From IMG/VR virus record IMGVR_UViG_3300030294_000014: 64,000 bases of DNA, one strand, 5' to 3'. Under the pieces are notes generated by a model. It did not search any database, was not told where the DNA came from, and saw only the letters and a program-made list of their open reading frames with translations. This DNA is from an uncultured virus (IMG/VR IMGVR_UViG_3300030294_000014) (lineage: Duplodnaviria > Heunggongvirae > Uroviricota > Caudoviricetes). This document shows positions 1 to 10,959 of the stretch, piece after piece. A program made the position numbers and the translations under genes. The first letter of the stretch is position 1. Each line of letters starts with the position of its first letter.

Positions 1-2254
1 TAGTAGCAATGGTTACATTATTTGTTGTAAATATATAAATAGACTTAGTTAACGCTGGAATAGTAACCTTTTTATCCGTCCACCCTGTTGCATTTATCTG
101 TCCTACTACATTTGTAGAGGAATCATAGAAAAGTAATGTTTTTACCTTTAATACATCATCATTTGGTATATAAATATGAGATTCAGTATCTTCCGATATA
201 GCATTAGATAAAGCAACTATTGCTCTATTTGTATTTATTGGAATGGTATATGAACTACCTATGATAGTTGAATCATAGTTCACTTGTTTGTCTAGTGAAT
301 TAAAATTTGACTTAATAGTACTTAATTGAGTAGGAAGACTAACTGTCTTAACAGAAATAGAAACGTTCGTCTCTACAGTCATATTATTTGTTGTAAATAT
401 ATAAATAGACTTAGTTAACGCTGGAATAGTAACCTTTTTATCCGTCCACCCTGTTGCATCTATCTGTCCTACTACATTTGTAGAGGAATCATAGAAAAGT
501 AATGTTTTTACCTTTAATACATCATCATTTGGTATATAAATTTGTGCAACGATATCTCTTATATATATATTAGGGAGTGTAACAATTCCCCTATTTGTAT
601 TTATTGGAATAATAGAAGTTCCATCAAAAAAGGTTGAATCCGTATTATCTATTGAGTTTTTATACTCCTCGTAGGGAGTAATAGCATTTCCAAGTCTTAT
701 ATCTAAACCCGTATATGTATTATTAGAGTTAAGAAAGTTTACGGCAATATGTGAACAGTTAATAACATTGCAGTCAATTTCATACACGCCATCTGAAAAT
801 AATCCTATTTTCCCATTTGTGATTGTCCCATTAGATATAAATGTTTCTCCATTAAAATAATTAACATTATTGGGTATTCCCCCTGTCACGTAAATTTTAT
901 TAGAAATTATAGGGAGAAATGTTGTTTTAAACAAATTATTTAATAAGAGAACCCCGTCATTAAATAAGAGACCGTTAATTAATTTATATTTACCAAAATA
1001 AGAATCCTCGTAAGATCTGTAAGAATTAAATACTACTGTACTTATCAATACTGTATTTGTTTTTTGTACCGGTCTAAAATATTTTATATTAGAATCCAGG
1101 GATATAATTTGTGACTTTGAATATAGCAATACGTCGTTTACTACTTCTACATAATTCAAATCAGTGTCATAAAAATATATTATCATATTTTCCTCTGAAA
1201 GTATAAAAATTAAATCATCTATTGATATAAATTCCTTAGTTCTTAATCTACTTGTTGAATCTTCATTTATCCCAGAACTATTTATACCTCCAATTTCCCA
1301 ATTATCAGAATTAATTCCATTTATAGAATCTACATTACCTTTTATTTCTCGTACAGAATTGGAAGAAGCATTATCTAATTTATCGGTAATCCATTCCGTC
1401 CCGTTCCATTTAATGGAATAAATAGAATCTTCTGTTTCAGTAAAAGATATACTGAAATTTGTAAGTACATTACTACCTACAACAGCATTATATAAATAAT
1501 ACTTTCTATCGTTGATACCATAAGTTAAGGGAACTGTAGAAGTTGTTGCGATGCCTAAATAGAGATAGCCTGATGATGATAATGAATTAATTGTATCGTC
1601 TAATAATTTGCTACTTGGAGAAGTATTTACGTTTTGACTTCTAACTTGTTCTACTTGAAAATTAAAAGAGCTTTGAAATTTCCAACCTCCTGATATTCTG
1701 CTGTAAATCGCATTTTCAGAAGGAGTTGTTGAATTTACTACAGTTATTATCTCTCCTTCTTTTATAGATTTTCCATCTGTACCAATAGGATTTACAGAAT
1801 CTGCATTCATAGAAGCTACAGAATCATAAGTTTTTTTTATATTATAATTATAATAAAAAGTACCGTTAGCGACATTTACTATTATATTAGTTTCAAATGT
1901 ATAAGCAGACCAATGTTCTGTATCCCAAACAAATATTACAAACATACCTTCTAAATCTCCTGTTGTAATAGATATTGGATTCCCCGTACTATCTATAAAA
2001 TTTGTAAACACTTTAGTCATATTTTGGGATATTCCCGCTATATAACAAACTTTACCAGAATTAGGTTGTACTGGCATAGTTGTAGTATCTGCTATGCCTA
2101 TTAAAGTACTTGTTCCGATTAATTCTACACTACGTATATAATCAAGCATATTTAACTCATACGCTTGTTGAACATCTGGTTCAATTTCAGTTCCCGCAGC
2201 TCTTCCTGTCAAGGCACTGATTATCATCTCTTTGGTATCATTGTATCCTGCCAT
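1..2254 (-). CDS. Tail fibre / receptor-binding protein, partial (runs off window start)
   Basis: Not in ORF track because no stop lies within the window. ATG at 2254 (MAGYNDTKEMIISALTGRAAG...), no in-frame stop found in the stretches I translated. Follows baseplate genes, beta-rich, 122-aa internal repeats. Confidence 0.75.
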   Translation of the reverse strand, partial: MAGYNDTKEMIISALTGRAAGTEIEPDVQQAYELNMLDYIRSVELIGTSTLIGIADTTTMPVQPNSGKVCYIAGISQNMTKVFTNFIDSTGNPISITTGDLEGMFVIFVWDTEHWSAYTFETNIIVNVANGTFYYNYNIKKTYDSVASMNADSVNPIGTDGKSIKEGEIITVVNSTTPSENAIYSRISGGWKFQSSFNFQVEQVRSQNVNTSPSSKLLDDTINSLSSSGYLYLGIATTSTVPLTYGINDRKYYLYNAVVGSNVLTNFSISFTETEDSIYSIKWNGTEWITDKLDNASSNSVREIKGNVDSINGINSDNWEIGGINSSGINEDSTSRLRTKEFISIDDLIFILSEENMIIYFYDTDLNYVEVVNDVLLYSKSQIISLDSNIKYFRPVQKTNTVLISTVVFNSYRSYEDSYFGKYKLINGLLFNDGVLLLNNLFKTTFLPIISNKIYVTGGIPNNVNYFNGETFISNGTITNGKIGLFSDGVYEIDCNVINCSHIAVNFLNSNNTYTGLDIRLGNAITPYEEYKNSIDNTDSTFFDGTSIIPINTNRGIVTLPNIYIRDIVAQIYIPNDDVLKVKTLLFYDSSTNVVGQIDATGWTDKKVTIPALTKSIYIFTTNNMTVETNVSISVKTVSLPTQLSTIKSNFNSLDKQVNYDSTIIGSSYTIPINTNRAIVALSNAISEDTESHIYIPNDDVLKVKTLLFYDSSTNVVGQINATGWTDKKVTIPALTKSIYIFTTNNVTIAT
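17..541. repeat. Direct repeat, 366-bp period, core copies 17-175 and 383-541
   Basis: 159-bp copies with a single mismatch. The in-frame flanks are similar but diverged. Confidence 0.95.
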
Positions 2255-2266
2255 TTTATTTTAAAT

Positions 2267-3163
2267 TTATGAGTAATCTTCTTGTTTATATTCTGTATTA
2301 TAATTGCTTACGTCTTCTACTAAATTATAACTGATCACCATCTCTACCTCTTCAGAATCATTTCTAACATATTTTTCTAAATATTCGTTTATTAATTCTT
2401 CATTAGTAGGATATTTATTCTTTTTTATTATTCTTTGTATCCATATACCAATCGCTTCTCCAGGTTGTATAACATCTTTTATCAATACCGAATTATCAGT
2501 TTTATTCTCAAATTTTCCTAAAAAATTAGCTGAAAAAGATTCGCTTGTCAAAAAAGAACAATTCAATGGAATTGTTAAAACAGTTTCATCTCTTCTTTCT
2601 ATTCTGAATCTTTTTTCATTTACTCTCTTGGCAAAATAAGTTTCATTATTACAAAATGCTTCTTCAATCGCGTCCCAAGTTCCTTCCATACCAGATTCTG
2701 AAACATCAACTACTACATTAAAAGGAGAAAATACAATCTCTTCTCCCGAAATTGCTGGATTATTTATTTCAAATTCTACCGCCGCTCTATAAAATGAAGC
2801 ATCGTGAAATTCTGCATTCATAGGCTCTTGATAACGACTAGATATATGTTCCATCATATAGCTACTCTTATCTATTCCAACTGCCGCAACCTTAAAAATA
2901 GCTTCATGATTATCATCTGTAACTAATTTTAATTCAACATCTTTTACGGCATAATCAAATTTATTTATTAATGCTACCGCTATTGTTTCTTTTTGCTTTT
3001 TTTCAAGAGTGTAAGAAGACAATAAATCAAATAATGAATTTAATGCGTCGTTCGGAACAGGCGTTGAAGATACATATCCGCCTAAGCTTTGCACAGGATC
3101 ACTTTGAGGATTACTAGTAGTTCTTGCTAAAGAAGCTCCTGCTCCTGTTAAGTATATCATCAT
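2267..3163 (-). CDS. Putative baseplate/tail structural protein
   Basis: 298 aa ORF; position between baseplate and fibre genes. Confidence 0.5.
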   Translation of the reverse strand: MMIYLTGAGASLARTTSNPQSDPVQSLGGYVSSTPVPNDALNSLFDLLSSYTLEKKQKETIAVALINKFDYAVKDVELKLVTDDNHEAIFKVAAVGIDKSSYMMEHISSRYQEPMNAEFHDASFYRAAVEFEINNPAISGEEIVFSPFNVVVDVSESGMEGTWDAIEEAFCNNETYFAKRVNEKRFRIERRDETVLTIPLNCSFLTSESFSANFLGKFENKTDNSVLIKDVIQPGEAIGIWIQRIIKKNKYPTNEELINEYLEKYVRNDSEEVEMVISYNLVEDVSNYNTEYKQEDYS

Positions 3164-3175
3164 AATTTAAAGTTT

Positions 3176-4624
3176 TTAAGAATAATTTCTTTGTTTTTCT
3201 TGCGGTTCAATATCTGCTAAATTTATAGAAAACGAACTATTGGAAAGAGTTTCCATGTTCCCTTTTATATTAGTAAACTGAGCAATCGCTAAATTAGAAA
3301 AAGGATATTGTTTACCACTATCATCTAACATTCTATATTTAACAGTTACCGAAACAGAATCTAAAAAAGAAGTAGAAACCGAAGGCATATACGCATATAT
3401 TTTAAGCCTAGAATTTATATTCCAAATAGATTTTTTGAAATAAAAGGGGATAGAAGGTTTATCTACATTAGATGAAACAGAAACCTCATATTCAATTTCA
3501 GTAGCGTTAGGAATAACAACAAAATCGTTATCATTATCTTCTATTATGGAAGTGTCTAAATTTGAAATATAAAGAGCCTTATTTATATTGCTATCAATTG
3601 TAGCATATTTCATATTTTTTCTATTTAACAAAAACCAACCGTTAAAAACTCCATCTGGTATATCTCCGCTCCCTAAGAAATTACTGAAACCTTCTACGAT
3701 ATTAAAAATATTAGTTGAAGATGAAACTACTAAAGAATTTTTGGTAATGCTATATCCATGTTCTACAATCAATTCAAACTGCGCGGATATAGTATTTACT
3801 GAATTGATTCCTCCGACAGTGTTTACAGTCAATAAACTCGCTATAGGATTGATATTTGAATCTATCGTTAAATCGGATTGAGAATAAGTATTATTAAACA
3901 TATAACTTATTCTTTTATCAGAAACTGACATAACTCCTCCGTTGTCAAATTCGATAGAAGCTAAAATAAATTGGTCTTCTGTTATTGTTGGTTTATCTTC
4001 TGAATCTACAAGAGATAAAGAATAGGAATCATATTCATATATTTGTTTATTTTCAGATAATGTCTGAAAACCAGGAGTAAATGTTCCTATTACACTATAT
4101 TTCAAGGAAGCTTCAGCGGTAAAATCGCCTGATAAAATAGCAGAGTTATCAGATAATACAGTAACTACTTCATATTCACTAGTATTTACTGTAGATTCTA
4201 ATTTAATTTTAACGGGAAAATTCGGTTGTCCTCTAAGAATTTTTGAAAATTCCGTTCCTATGCCCGTTAATGATCCATCTGTATTTATTGAAACTGTTCC
4301 TTCTTCATAATTATTAACATCTCTTGATAATATTAACCATCGTTTCACTCCTGTATTTTCTATAGTCATTTCAAGATTGTTGTCCATTACTATGGCATCT
4401 AAATTACTATCAAAAGCTAAACCCGAATTTATTGTTATTACGTTAGAAGTCCCTACTTTAGCAGTAGTTTTGAAATTATTATTAGAAGTATTTTTTACTA
4501 TTCCATTTGATTTTATTATAGATTGCAATAATCTTTTATATCCATCATCTGTCAAAAACTTAACGAGCCTATTAAGTTCTTTCACTTCCAAAAATAGATT
4601 TTCACTCAATTTTAATCTTGACAT
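3176..4624 (-). CDS. Putative baseplate wedge / fibre attachment protein
   Basis: 482 aa, beta-rich; synteny. Confidence 0.5.
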   Translation of the reverse strand: MSRLKLSENLFLEVKELNRLVKFLTDDGYKRLLQSIIKSNGIVKNTSNNNFKTTAKVGTSNVITINSGLAFDSNLDAIVMDNNLEMTIENTGVKRWLILSRDVNNYEEGTVSINTDGSLTGIGTEFSKILRGQPNFPVKIKLESTVNTSEYEVVTVLSDNSAILSGDFTAEASLKYSVIGTFTPGFQTLSENKQIYEYDSYSLSLVDSEDKPTITEDQFILASIEFDNGGVMSVSDKRISYMFNNTYSQSDLTIDSNINPIASLLTVNTVGGINSVNTISAQFELIVEHGYSITKNSLVVSSSTNIFNIVEGFSNFLGSGDIPDGVFNGWFLLNRKNMKYATIDSNINKALYISNLDTSIIEDNDNDFVVIPNATEIEYEVSVSSNVDKPSIPFYFKKSIWNINSRLKIYAYMPSVSTSFLDSVSVTVKYRMLDDSGKQYPFSNLAIAQFTNIKGNMETLSNSSFSINLADIEPQEKQRNYS

Positions 4625-4636
4625 ATATATTTTTAT

Positions 4637-6322
4637 TTAAAAATTACTCATAAAAACAAAAATATCCGTTGAATCAAAAGGATATAAATACTTTTCTATA
4701 ATATCTGTAATATCATCCTTCGATTGACTATTGTTGTTATTACGGACATATGTATAAAATAATCTTGAACTTTGTATAAAACCCAGACTGTGAGAATTCA
4801 TAGAGCCATCTTTTAATGGTAAAATATTTGTTCCTCTTACCAAAGGTCTTATCTTGTAATCCCATATATTTAATTCGGAATTTATTCCATCGCTTATTAA
4901 TTGAATTTTTGGTAAAATATATTTAACAAATGAATTATTAAAATATAAATTATTTCCCCAACCTAAATTAGTTTTGTTTTCATCTAAATTAGAAGACGAA
5001 TAAGAATGTATTATGCCTCTTACATAGTACCAACAATCATTTCTTAAATTAGAAAAATCTTTTTCAAAAAATGTTTCCGATATAGAATCTCCATTTGGAG
5101 TAACAAACGAATCTATTATTTTATTTTTCAAAATATCAAAACCTTCTACTCCAAATAAAAGTCGTACGTTATCAGATTGTCCAGATACTATTTTAAATGA
5201 AAAAGTTATTTCGTAATCCATTCTACTATCTGCTACATAAATATTATTTCTAACATCTTGATTTGAATTGATTCTTCCGAGAGAAACAGTTCCATCGTCA
5301 GTCTTTAAATTCAAAACTTTTTTGTTATCATAATTTATTAATAAATATGAAGAAGTAGAGCCTTGAGAATTCAAAATAAAATTTGATAAATTTTGAAAAT
5401 CTTGAGTTTTTTCTTTTGTTTTATTTAAATTTTCGGCTTGACAAGTTCCCCTATACAAAGGAGATGATTGCCCCAAGCAAAAACCTGTTTTATTTAAAGG
5501 AACGCTTTCGTATAATAATTCATCACTTTTTTTATTTCTAAGAAGACGTATAAATTCTCCATTTATGGGAACTTCTTTGCCGTTTAAAAGAGTTTCTCCT
5601 TCTCTCTTAAAAATCATTTCAGTTCCTCTTTTTCTTATTTCATTATAAATATTAGCGGCTAAATATTTTAATTCAGACAATGTTATATTAGATTCATCAA
5701 AATATATATTATATTGTCTAACTTGTTCTCTCATTAAATCAATATCGTCTTTAAAAGTTTCAAACCTTTTAAAAAAACAAATAAATAAACTAAAAAACCG
5801 AGCTAAAGAAAAAAATAAATCTATATAATCTTTATCATCGTCTTCATTTGAATTATCTCCCCTCGTTATATATTTTGGTATTATACCTCTATAATACAAT
5901 TTTTTAAAAATGTTCGTTTCTAATATTTTAAAATAATCTCCTCCAATTATGTTAGAAAATATACTTGAAGAAATAGTAGGGGCAGAAAAAGTTATTTCTT
6001 GTCTATTACCATAAAAATAAATATTTTGAAACTCTATAAAGCTTGTAGTATCAGTACCCGTTCTTGTATACCTGACTTCTATAAAAAGAGAATTTTCTGA
6101 AACATATTGTTTTTTTAATAAATTTTCATTATTTAATTCTAACCAATCCGACCAAAATAATTCATTTGAACTTATTCTAAATTCTCTTAATAATTTTCTA
6201 GTATCAGTTTCTCCTATAATTACGTCAGAATAACTGTCAAGAGTAATCTTCCCAGAAATTTGAGGATTGACCATTACGGTTAATACATCTCCAATATTAT
6301 TTAACAAATTATCTTTAGCCAT
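4637..6322 (-). CDS. Putative baseplate wedge protein
   Basis: 561 aa; downstream of baseplate J. Confidence 0.5.
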   Translation of the reverse strand: MAKDNLLNNIGDVLTVMVNPQISGKITLDSYSDVIIGETDTRKLLREFRISSNELFWSDWLELNNENLLKKQYVSENSLFIEVRYTRTGTDTTSFIEFQNIYFYGNRQEITFSAPTISSSIFSNIIGGDYFKILETNIFKKLYYRGIIPKYITRGDNSNEDDDKDYIDLFFSLARFFSLFICFFKRFETFKDDIDLMREQVRQYNIYFDESNITLSELKYLAANIYNEIRKRGTEMIFKREGETLLNGKEVPINGEFIRLLRNKKSDELLYESVPLNKTGFCLGQSSPLYRGTCQAENLNKTKEKTQDFQNLSNFILNSQGSTSSYLLINYDNKKVLNLKTDDGTVSLGRINSNQDVRNNIYVADSRMDYEITFSFKIVSGQSDNVRLLFGVEGFDILKNKIIDSFVTPNGDSISETFFEKDFSNLRNDCWYYVRGIIHSYSSSNLDENKTNLGWGNNLYFNNSFVKYILPKIQLISDGINSELNIWDYKIRPLVRGTNILPLKDGSMNSHSLGFIQSSRLFYTYVRNNNNSQSKDDITDIIEKYLYPFDSTDIFVFMSNF

Positions 6323-6626
6323 TATATGTTAAGTTTTCATTTGTTTTTTCGTATTTGTTAACATCATCGTCTACAGAATCAATATTTAATATAAGATTCC
6401 CATTTTCATCTATATCTCCGACGTTATTGCCAGAATAAGAAAGCATTAATTCTCCTTCTTTTCCATCTACATTATCTATCTCCATAGATTTGTCTATTAC
6501 TTGAGATTTGAATAAAGACGGCGTTGTAGTTCCGTCTTCGTTTCCATCTGAAAAACAAGAAATTAAAAAAACTCCGCTAGGTTTTTCCACTTCCGTAATT
6601 GTTTTAACACTAACTTCTGTTTTCAT
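6315..6626 (-). CDS. Hypothetical protein (baseplate region)
   Basis: 103 aa ORF coupled to neighbours. Confidence 0.6.
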   Translation of the reverse strand: MKTEVSVKTITEVEKPSGVFLISCFSDGNEDGTTTPSLFKSQVIDKSMEIDNVDGKEGELMLSYSGNNVGDIDENGNLILNIDSVDDDVNKYEKTNENLTYNG

Positions 6627-6627
6627 A

Positions 6628-7824
6628 TCAAATAGTAGTTAGGACAGAACTTGAATATGAATAATCAAGTTCATTGGGATAATAAAACTCAGAAAGTATT
6701 CCGCCATTATCTTCTATTATATTCCCATCTAAATCACGTAATATAAACCCTCTAACCCGTGGTAATTGATATTTAGGTACATTTATATCAGAATGAGGAG
6801 AAAAGTGCGTATCAGGCACGTATCTAACTCCTTCGACCTGTTTAGCCGCAAAGAATAAATTTTCCCATTCAACTTTATCTCCATATTGCCAAAATCTATA
6901 ATCAAACAATTTTGACATTTGTATTTGTATTTCTCTTCTAACTTTATCTTGATCATAAGACGGATCAATATCTACTCTAAATTCAATATCTACAGTTAAC
7001 CAATTTACATTATTAAGTTTTAAAGAAAAATCTGTTGAAGTTTTTAACAATTCTGATAAAGATAAATATTCTTCAGAATTACTTAATATTTCATTAAATT
7101 CATCGTCGCTGAAATCTTGACCATTTACAGATACTATAATCAAATTAAGTTTTCCATCCGAATCAATACCGCCCTTGTAAACATTCAAAACGTTATTATT
7201 TATTTTCATAAAAACTTGTTCAAGATACGATATTGTAGTTCTTGATAACTGATTTATATTATCTTTTATTCTTTGTCTAAACAAATCATCATCTTCGTTA
7301 TCTCTTCCTCCATCGGCTTTATATTCATTAGTACAAGCAATATGTCCCGTAGGTATTGGAGTTACTTTATTTATAGATAACGGATCAATATTAGTAGAAA
7401 GCCCCGTTTGACTACATCTAACTTTCGCATAAACATATCCATTTATTCCTATAACTACATCTTCTTCTAAAGAAAATGAAACTCCTGATGTACTTAAAAA
7501 AGTATTTGTATCTTTTAAATAAGTAGTTCCTTCATCACCTACCAAACGTAAATAAGTTGAACTTGCAGTTTCTCCGAACCTAGCCGCTACTCCTCTTATT
7601 ACCGCTAAATCATCTAAATATGTACCATATGCAGTATCTGGAAATATATGTCCTTCTACAATAGATTGATTCACTAAACATTTTTGTCCCACTTTAGCGG
7701 CTCCAAATGCTATACCATTTAAAACTGAATCATCTCCGACGTCATTTACTTTATCAGTTTTATTGAGGAAAATTTCTAAGAACATTTGTTTTAGTTCTTG
7801 AATAGATGTTATCTTTGTTATCAT
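6628..7824 (-). CDS. Baseplate J-like wedge protein
   Basis: Motifs TAYGTYLDDLA and GGRDNEDDDLFRQRI typical of baseplate J/gp47. Confidence 0.9.
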   Translation of the reverse strand: MITKITSIQELKQMFLEIFLNKTDKVNDVGDDSVLNGIAFGAAKVGQKCLVNQSIVEGHIFPDTAYGTYLDDLAVIRGVAARFGETASSTYLRLVGDEGTTYLKDTNTFLSTSGVSFSLEEDVVIGINGYVYAKVRCSQTGLSTNIDPLSINKVTPIPTGHIACTNEYKADGGRDNEDDDLFRQRIKDNINQLSRTTISYLEQVFMKINNNVLNVYKGGIDSDGKLNLIIVSVNGQDFSDDEFNEILSNSEEYLSLSELLKTSTDFSLKLNNVNWLTVDIEFRVDIDPSYDQDKVRREIQIQMSKLFDYRFWQYGDKVEWENLFFAAKQVEGVRYVPDTHFSPHSDINVPKYQLPRVRGFILRDLDGNIIEDNGGILSEFYYPNELDYSYSSSVLTTI

Positions 7825-8741
7825 ATTGCTATTTTTTTCTCGGTTTTATAATCATACTTTGTTTTTATCTGAACTGTTATATTCATACTTCCATTCGAAT
7901 ATGAAAAATCTATCACATTTGCATATTCGAATAAATCGTTTTGAATAAAATTATTTTGTATATCAGTAACCAATTCAGGGTAAGCAAATTGTTTATAAGA
8001 AACTCCTCCCATTAATTTATAATTTTTACCAAATAACATATTTTCAGGGACATCTCCTCTATTCAATTCCATTAAAATATCGCATTTTTGTTCTACATTA
8101 TCTTGATATTCTACAATTAAAAGATCATTATTAGAAAATGTTATTTTCCTAGATATATCCTTTCCATATATTCTTTTACCGATAGGCATGTCAAGAATAG
8201 TTGTTACTACTATATCTATTTTATTATTTATGAAAACATCTAAAGGAGTTAATTTATCTATTTCCCAATCCGATTCATTTAGATCATTGCTTTGCATTAA
8301 TTCTATCCAATCGGTACTATCTTTATTTGTTTCTTTAACTGAATTAGCTAATTCTTCCATAGTTCTGAATCCTCCTACAGAAGAAGAAACTTGTATATAA
8401 GGTTGATATCCCTTTTTACTTAATGATGTTTTTAAAAATTTAGGAAGCTTATTTATTTTTTCAATAGTATTATTCAAATCATCAATGTAATCCATCAACT
8501 CCCAATAACCGCAATTAGAAAATTTATTTGAAAAGTTTTTGAATTGAGCTAAAACATTTTTACAATCTGATGTTAAAGTGGATAATGATTTAAGATGAGT
8601 ATTATCAATAGTTTCAGTTGATCCAGAAAAATAATTATATATAGCGGGATAAGAATTAAGCATAAAATCTTTATATCTAGTCAAAAAATCGACTAGAGGA
8701 TATTTAGTTACTTTTACAAATTCTATAATTATTGTTTCCAT
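7821..8741 (-). CDS. Baseplate wedge / sheath initiator (C-terminal gp25-like)
   Basis: Directly upstream of J; C-terminal YGKDI...RGDVPENMLFG segment resembles gp25-like domain. Confidence 0.6.
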   Translation of the reverse strand: METIIIEFVKVTKYPLVDFLTRYKDFMLNSYPAIYNYFSGSTETIDNTHLKSLSTLTSDCKNVLAQFKNFSNKFSNCGYWELMDYIDDLNNTIEKINKLPKFLKTSLSKKGYQPYIQVSSSVGGFRTMEELANSVKETNKDSTDWIELMQSNDLNESDWEIDKLTPLDVFINNKIDIVVTTILDMPIGKRIYGKDISRKITFSNNDLLIVEYQDNVEQKCDILMELNRGDVPENMLFGKNYKLMGGVSYKQFAYPELVTDIQNNFIQNDLFEYANVIDFSYSNGSMNITVQIKTKYDYKTEKKIAI

Positions 8742-8750
8742 CTTTGATAT

Positions 8751-9536
8751 TTATAAAGTACCTGAAATTATAGGAAGTCCGCCCGTCGCTCTTGAAACAT
8801 CATTTAACAAACTATTAATGCTTTTAGCTATAGCTCCAGAAGCAACTTTACTTAAAAAACTTTTATCAGAATCTTGAACTTTAACAGCAGAAGAAGGAGC
8901 TACGGCTTTCATCTCTAAACTATAATACCAGATCATATTGTTTTCTATACTTTGAGAAAATGCGCTTTGTAAAACTTCTACTACATAATGAGTATTTAGA
9001 GCATAATTGTTAAACAACAACAAACAGGGATTACCTTTATCATCTAATTCAAAAGATTTATCTACCATAGATTTTAACATCTTAGTTAATCCATAACCTG
9101 TTTTTATTAAAACATCTGAACCTGATAAACTAAATCCCAGATTACCTCCGAAAAAGGGAATCTTAGAAACATTTTCAGCTTCTTTCATACCCGTTAATAA
9201 ACGTATTTTCCTTCCAAAAGTTCCTTGCAATGAAATATCTCTTGGAGAAAATGTACTATTAAATAATGTTAAAATACCTTTATTGGTTTTTGTTATAGAA
9301 GCTATTTGAGTTTTAGTTTCCATAATATTATTAGGCATAACCGCAAAAGTCATAAAGCCCTTTGTATTTCCAGAACTATCTAATAGTTCAAGAGAACACA
9401 TGTAATATTCGAAATTATCTGGGGCTAATGAATGTAAGGCGGCTCTGCCGATTGTATCGACTGCTGACCTAACATTTTCTGCCACAGAATTAACTGTGCT
9501 ACCAGCTATATTACCAGCTTGATTTAAAAATGACAT
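8751..9536 (-). CDS. Putative baseplate / tube initiator protein
   Basis: FAVMPNNI...ISLQGTFG...WYYSLEM pattern resembles tube-fold baseplate proteins; synteny. Confidence 0.55.
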   Translation of the reverse strand: MSFLNQAGNIAGSTVNSVAENVRSAVDTIGRAALHSLAPDNFEYYMCSLELLDSSGNTKGFMTFAVMPNNIMETKTQIASITKTNKGILTLFNSTFSPRDISLQGTFGRKIRLLTGMKEAENVSKIPFFGGNLGFSLSGSDVLIKTGYGLTKMLKSMVDKSFELDDKGNPCLLLFNNYALNTHYVVEVLQSAFSQSIENNMIWYYSLEMKAVAPSSAVKVQDSDKSFLSKVASGAIAKSINSLLNDVSRATGGLPIISGTL

Positions 9537-9571
9537 ATTTTTATTATTTTACAACTTTATAACTGAATATT

Positions 9572-10123
9572 TTACACGGGTATGGCATTTACTATTTGTT
9601 TAGTTGTTGTTAAAGTTTTTACTAAAGACATTACCGAATCAGGAACTTGAAATAATATTTTTATTGCGGCAGATAATAAATTTACTAAAAAATTACCAAT
9701 ATTTTTAAGCATGGCTAATAATGTATTTTTCTTTTGTTTATTTTCTATTAAAGAATATACAGGGTTTGCCGTTGAAGTCGCTGCACCTACTGTTATAACG
9801 GATGGTATTGCATTAGAAGCTATAGTAGCGGCAGCTGATTCTGAGACGAATGAAAGTCCATCTTTAGCTGAAATGAAATTACTTTTTATTATGTTTATAT
9901 TTTGTTCTATTTCTTCGCCTGATTTATCTTTATAATATTTAACAAGTTGCTCTTTCTTATTATTTCTTTCTTCATCCGTTAAAGAATCTTCTAATTGATC
10001 TTTATAATTATTTTCCACCATATTATCCACTATGGGATCAAATTCTAATCCTGGGATGGAAACACTACCATCGCTATTTATTAAATCGTCCAAAGACGAT
10101 TTCATTTCTTTAATTGTTGCCAT
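9572..10123 (-). CDS. Hypothetical protein (tail module)
   Basis: 183 aa helical ORF. Confidence 0.6.
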   Translation of the reverse strand: MATIKEMKSSLDDLINSDGSVSIPGLEFDPIVDNMVENNYKDQLEDSLTDEERNNKKEQLVKYYKDKSGEEIEQNINIIKSNFISAKDGLSFVSESAAATIASNAIPSVITVGAATSTANPVYSLIENKQKKNTLLAMLKNIGNFLVNLLSAAIKILFQVPDSVMSLVKTLTTTKQIVNAIPV

Positions 10124-10125
10124 AA

Positions 10126-10959
10126 TTATTCTATTTTTGATATTTTAGATAATATATCGTCAACCCTGTCAGATATTGATAAAAAAGAAGCTGAATTAAT
10201 GGGAGTTCCGCTTGTTCCTAATGGTGTTGCAACTGTAATTTTTTCTATGGCGGATAAAATATCTTTCAAAAGATTCGCTAATGTATTACCCAAAACCATA
10301 TCTTCTTTCCCCGAACTATGAATTATTTTATTAGATACAATATTAATTTTATCTTCATTCATTTTAAGAAAAGAAAGCGTTTCCCCATTTTTTGAAATTG
10401 AAACATTAACTTCTCCGCTAGATTCGACGTTTACAGTATTGTCAGATTTTATATTTAATTCATTATCGCAACTTAAATTGAATACAGAATCTTTATTTTT
10501 AGAACTAAGTTTTATATTTAAATTAGCGGGGTTTATATCATCTCCTATTATATTTATTTGATACGTAGCAGAATTTCCATCAAGAAATATTTCTACATTT
10601 TTTTCATTTGTTCCATATCTTTCTCTGTTTTGTTGTTCATCCATTTGATAATAGTCTTCTTGTTTTCTTAACAATGCTATTACAACTGGCAATTGAGAAA
10701 TAGAATCTCGTATCCAAACAACTGCGCTTCCTCTTTCGTCATAATTTATAGGAAATATTATCTTCTTCATGACATTAATGTCAGTTTTTACATTAGGAAA
10801 TAAACCATATCCCAATCCTCCATTTATTGTTAATGTATTAGTTCTATAGCAGTCACGAATATAATCTTTTCTATCTTGATCATCTGGTATTATTACAAAA
10901 CCAACCCCTGCGCTACCTACACCAGTATCTACATTTTGTATACCAATATTATTTCCCAT
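10126..10959 (-). CDS. Baseplate central spike (gpV/gp5-like)
   Basis: Beta-repeat middle; C-terminal VLGNTL...TPLGTSGTPIN spike-tip-like motif; follows hub. Confidence 0.65.
   Translation of the reverse strand: MGNNIGIQNVDTGVGSAGVGFVIIPDDQDRKDYIRDCYRTNTLTINGGLGYGLFPNVKTDINVMKKIIFPINYDERGSAVVWIRDSISQLPVVIALLRKQEDYYQMDEQQNRERYGTNEKNVEIFLDGNSATYQINIIGDDINPANLNIKLSSKNKDSVFNLSCDNELNIKSDNTVNVESSGEVNVSISKNGETLSFLKMNEDKINIVSNKIIHSSGKEDMVLGNTLANLLKDILSAIEKITVATPLGTSGTPINSASFLSISDRVDDILSKISKIE

Noticed and set aside
17..541. DGR template/variable repeat pair
   Set aside because: Only one mismatch, both copies are in frame in the same gene, and no reverse transcriptase is in the window.
1..2254. ORF-free 2.2 kb suggesting stop-codon recoding or non-coding DNA
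   Set aside because: A standard-code frame is open from ATG 2254 towards the window edge and is missing from the track only because it has no stop. TAG and TGA end intact genes elsewhere, so there is no sign of recoding.
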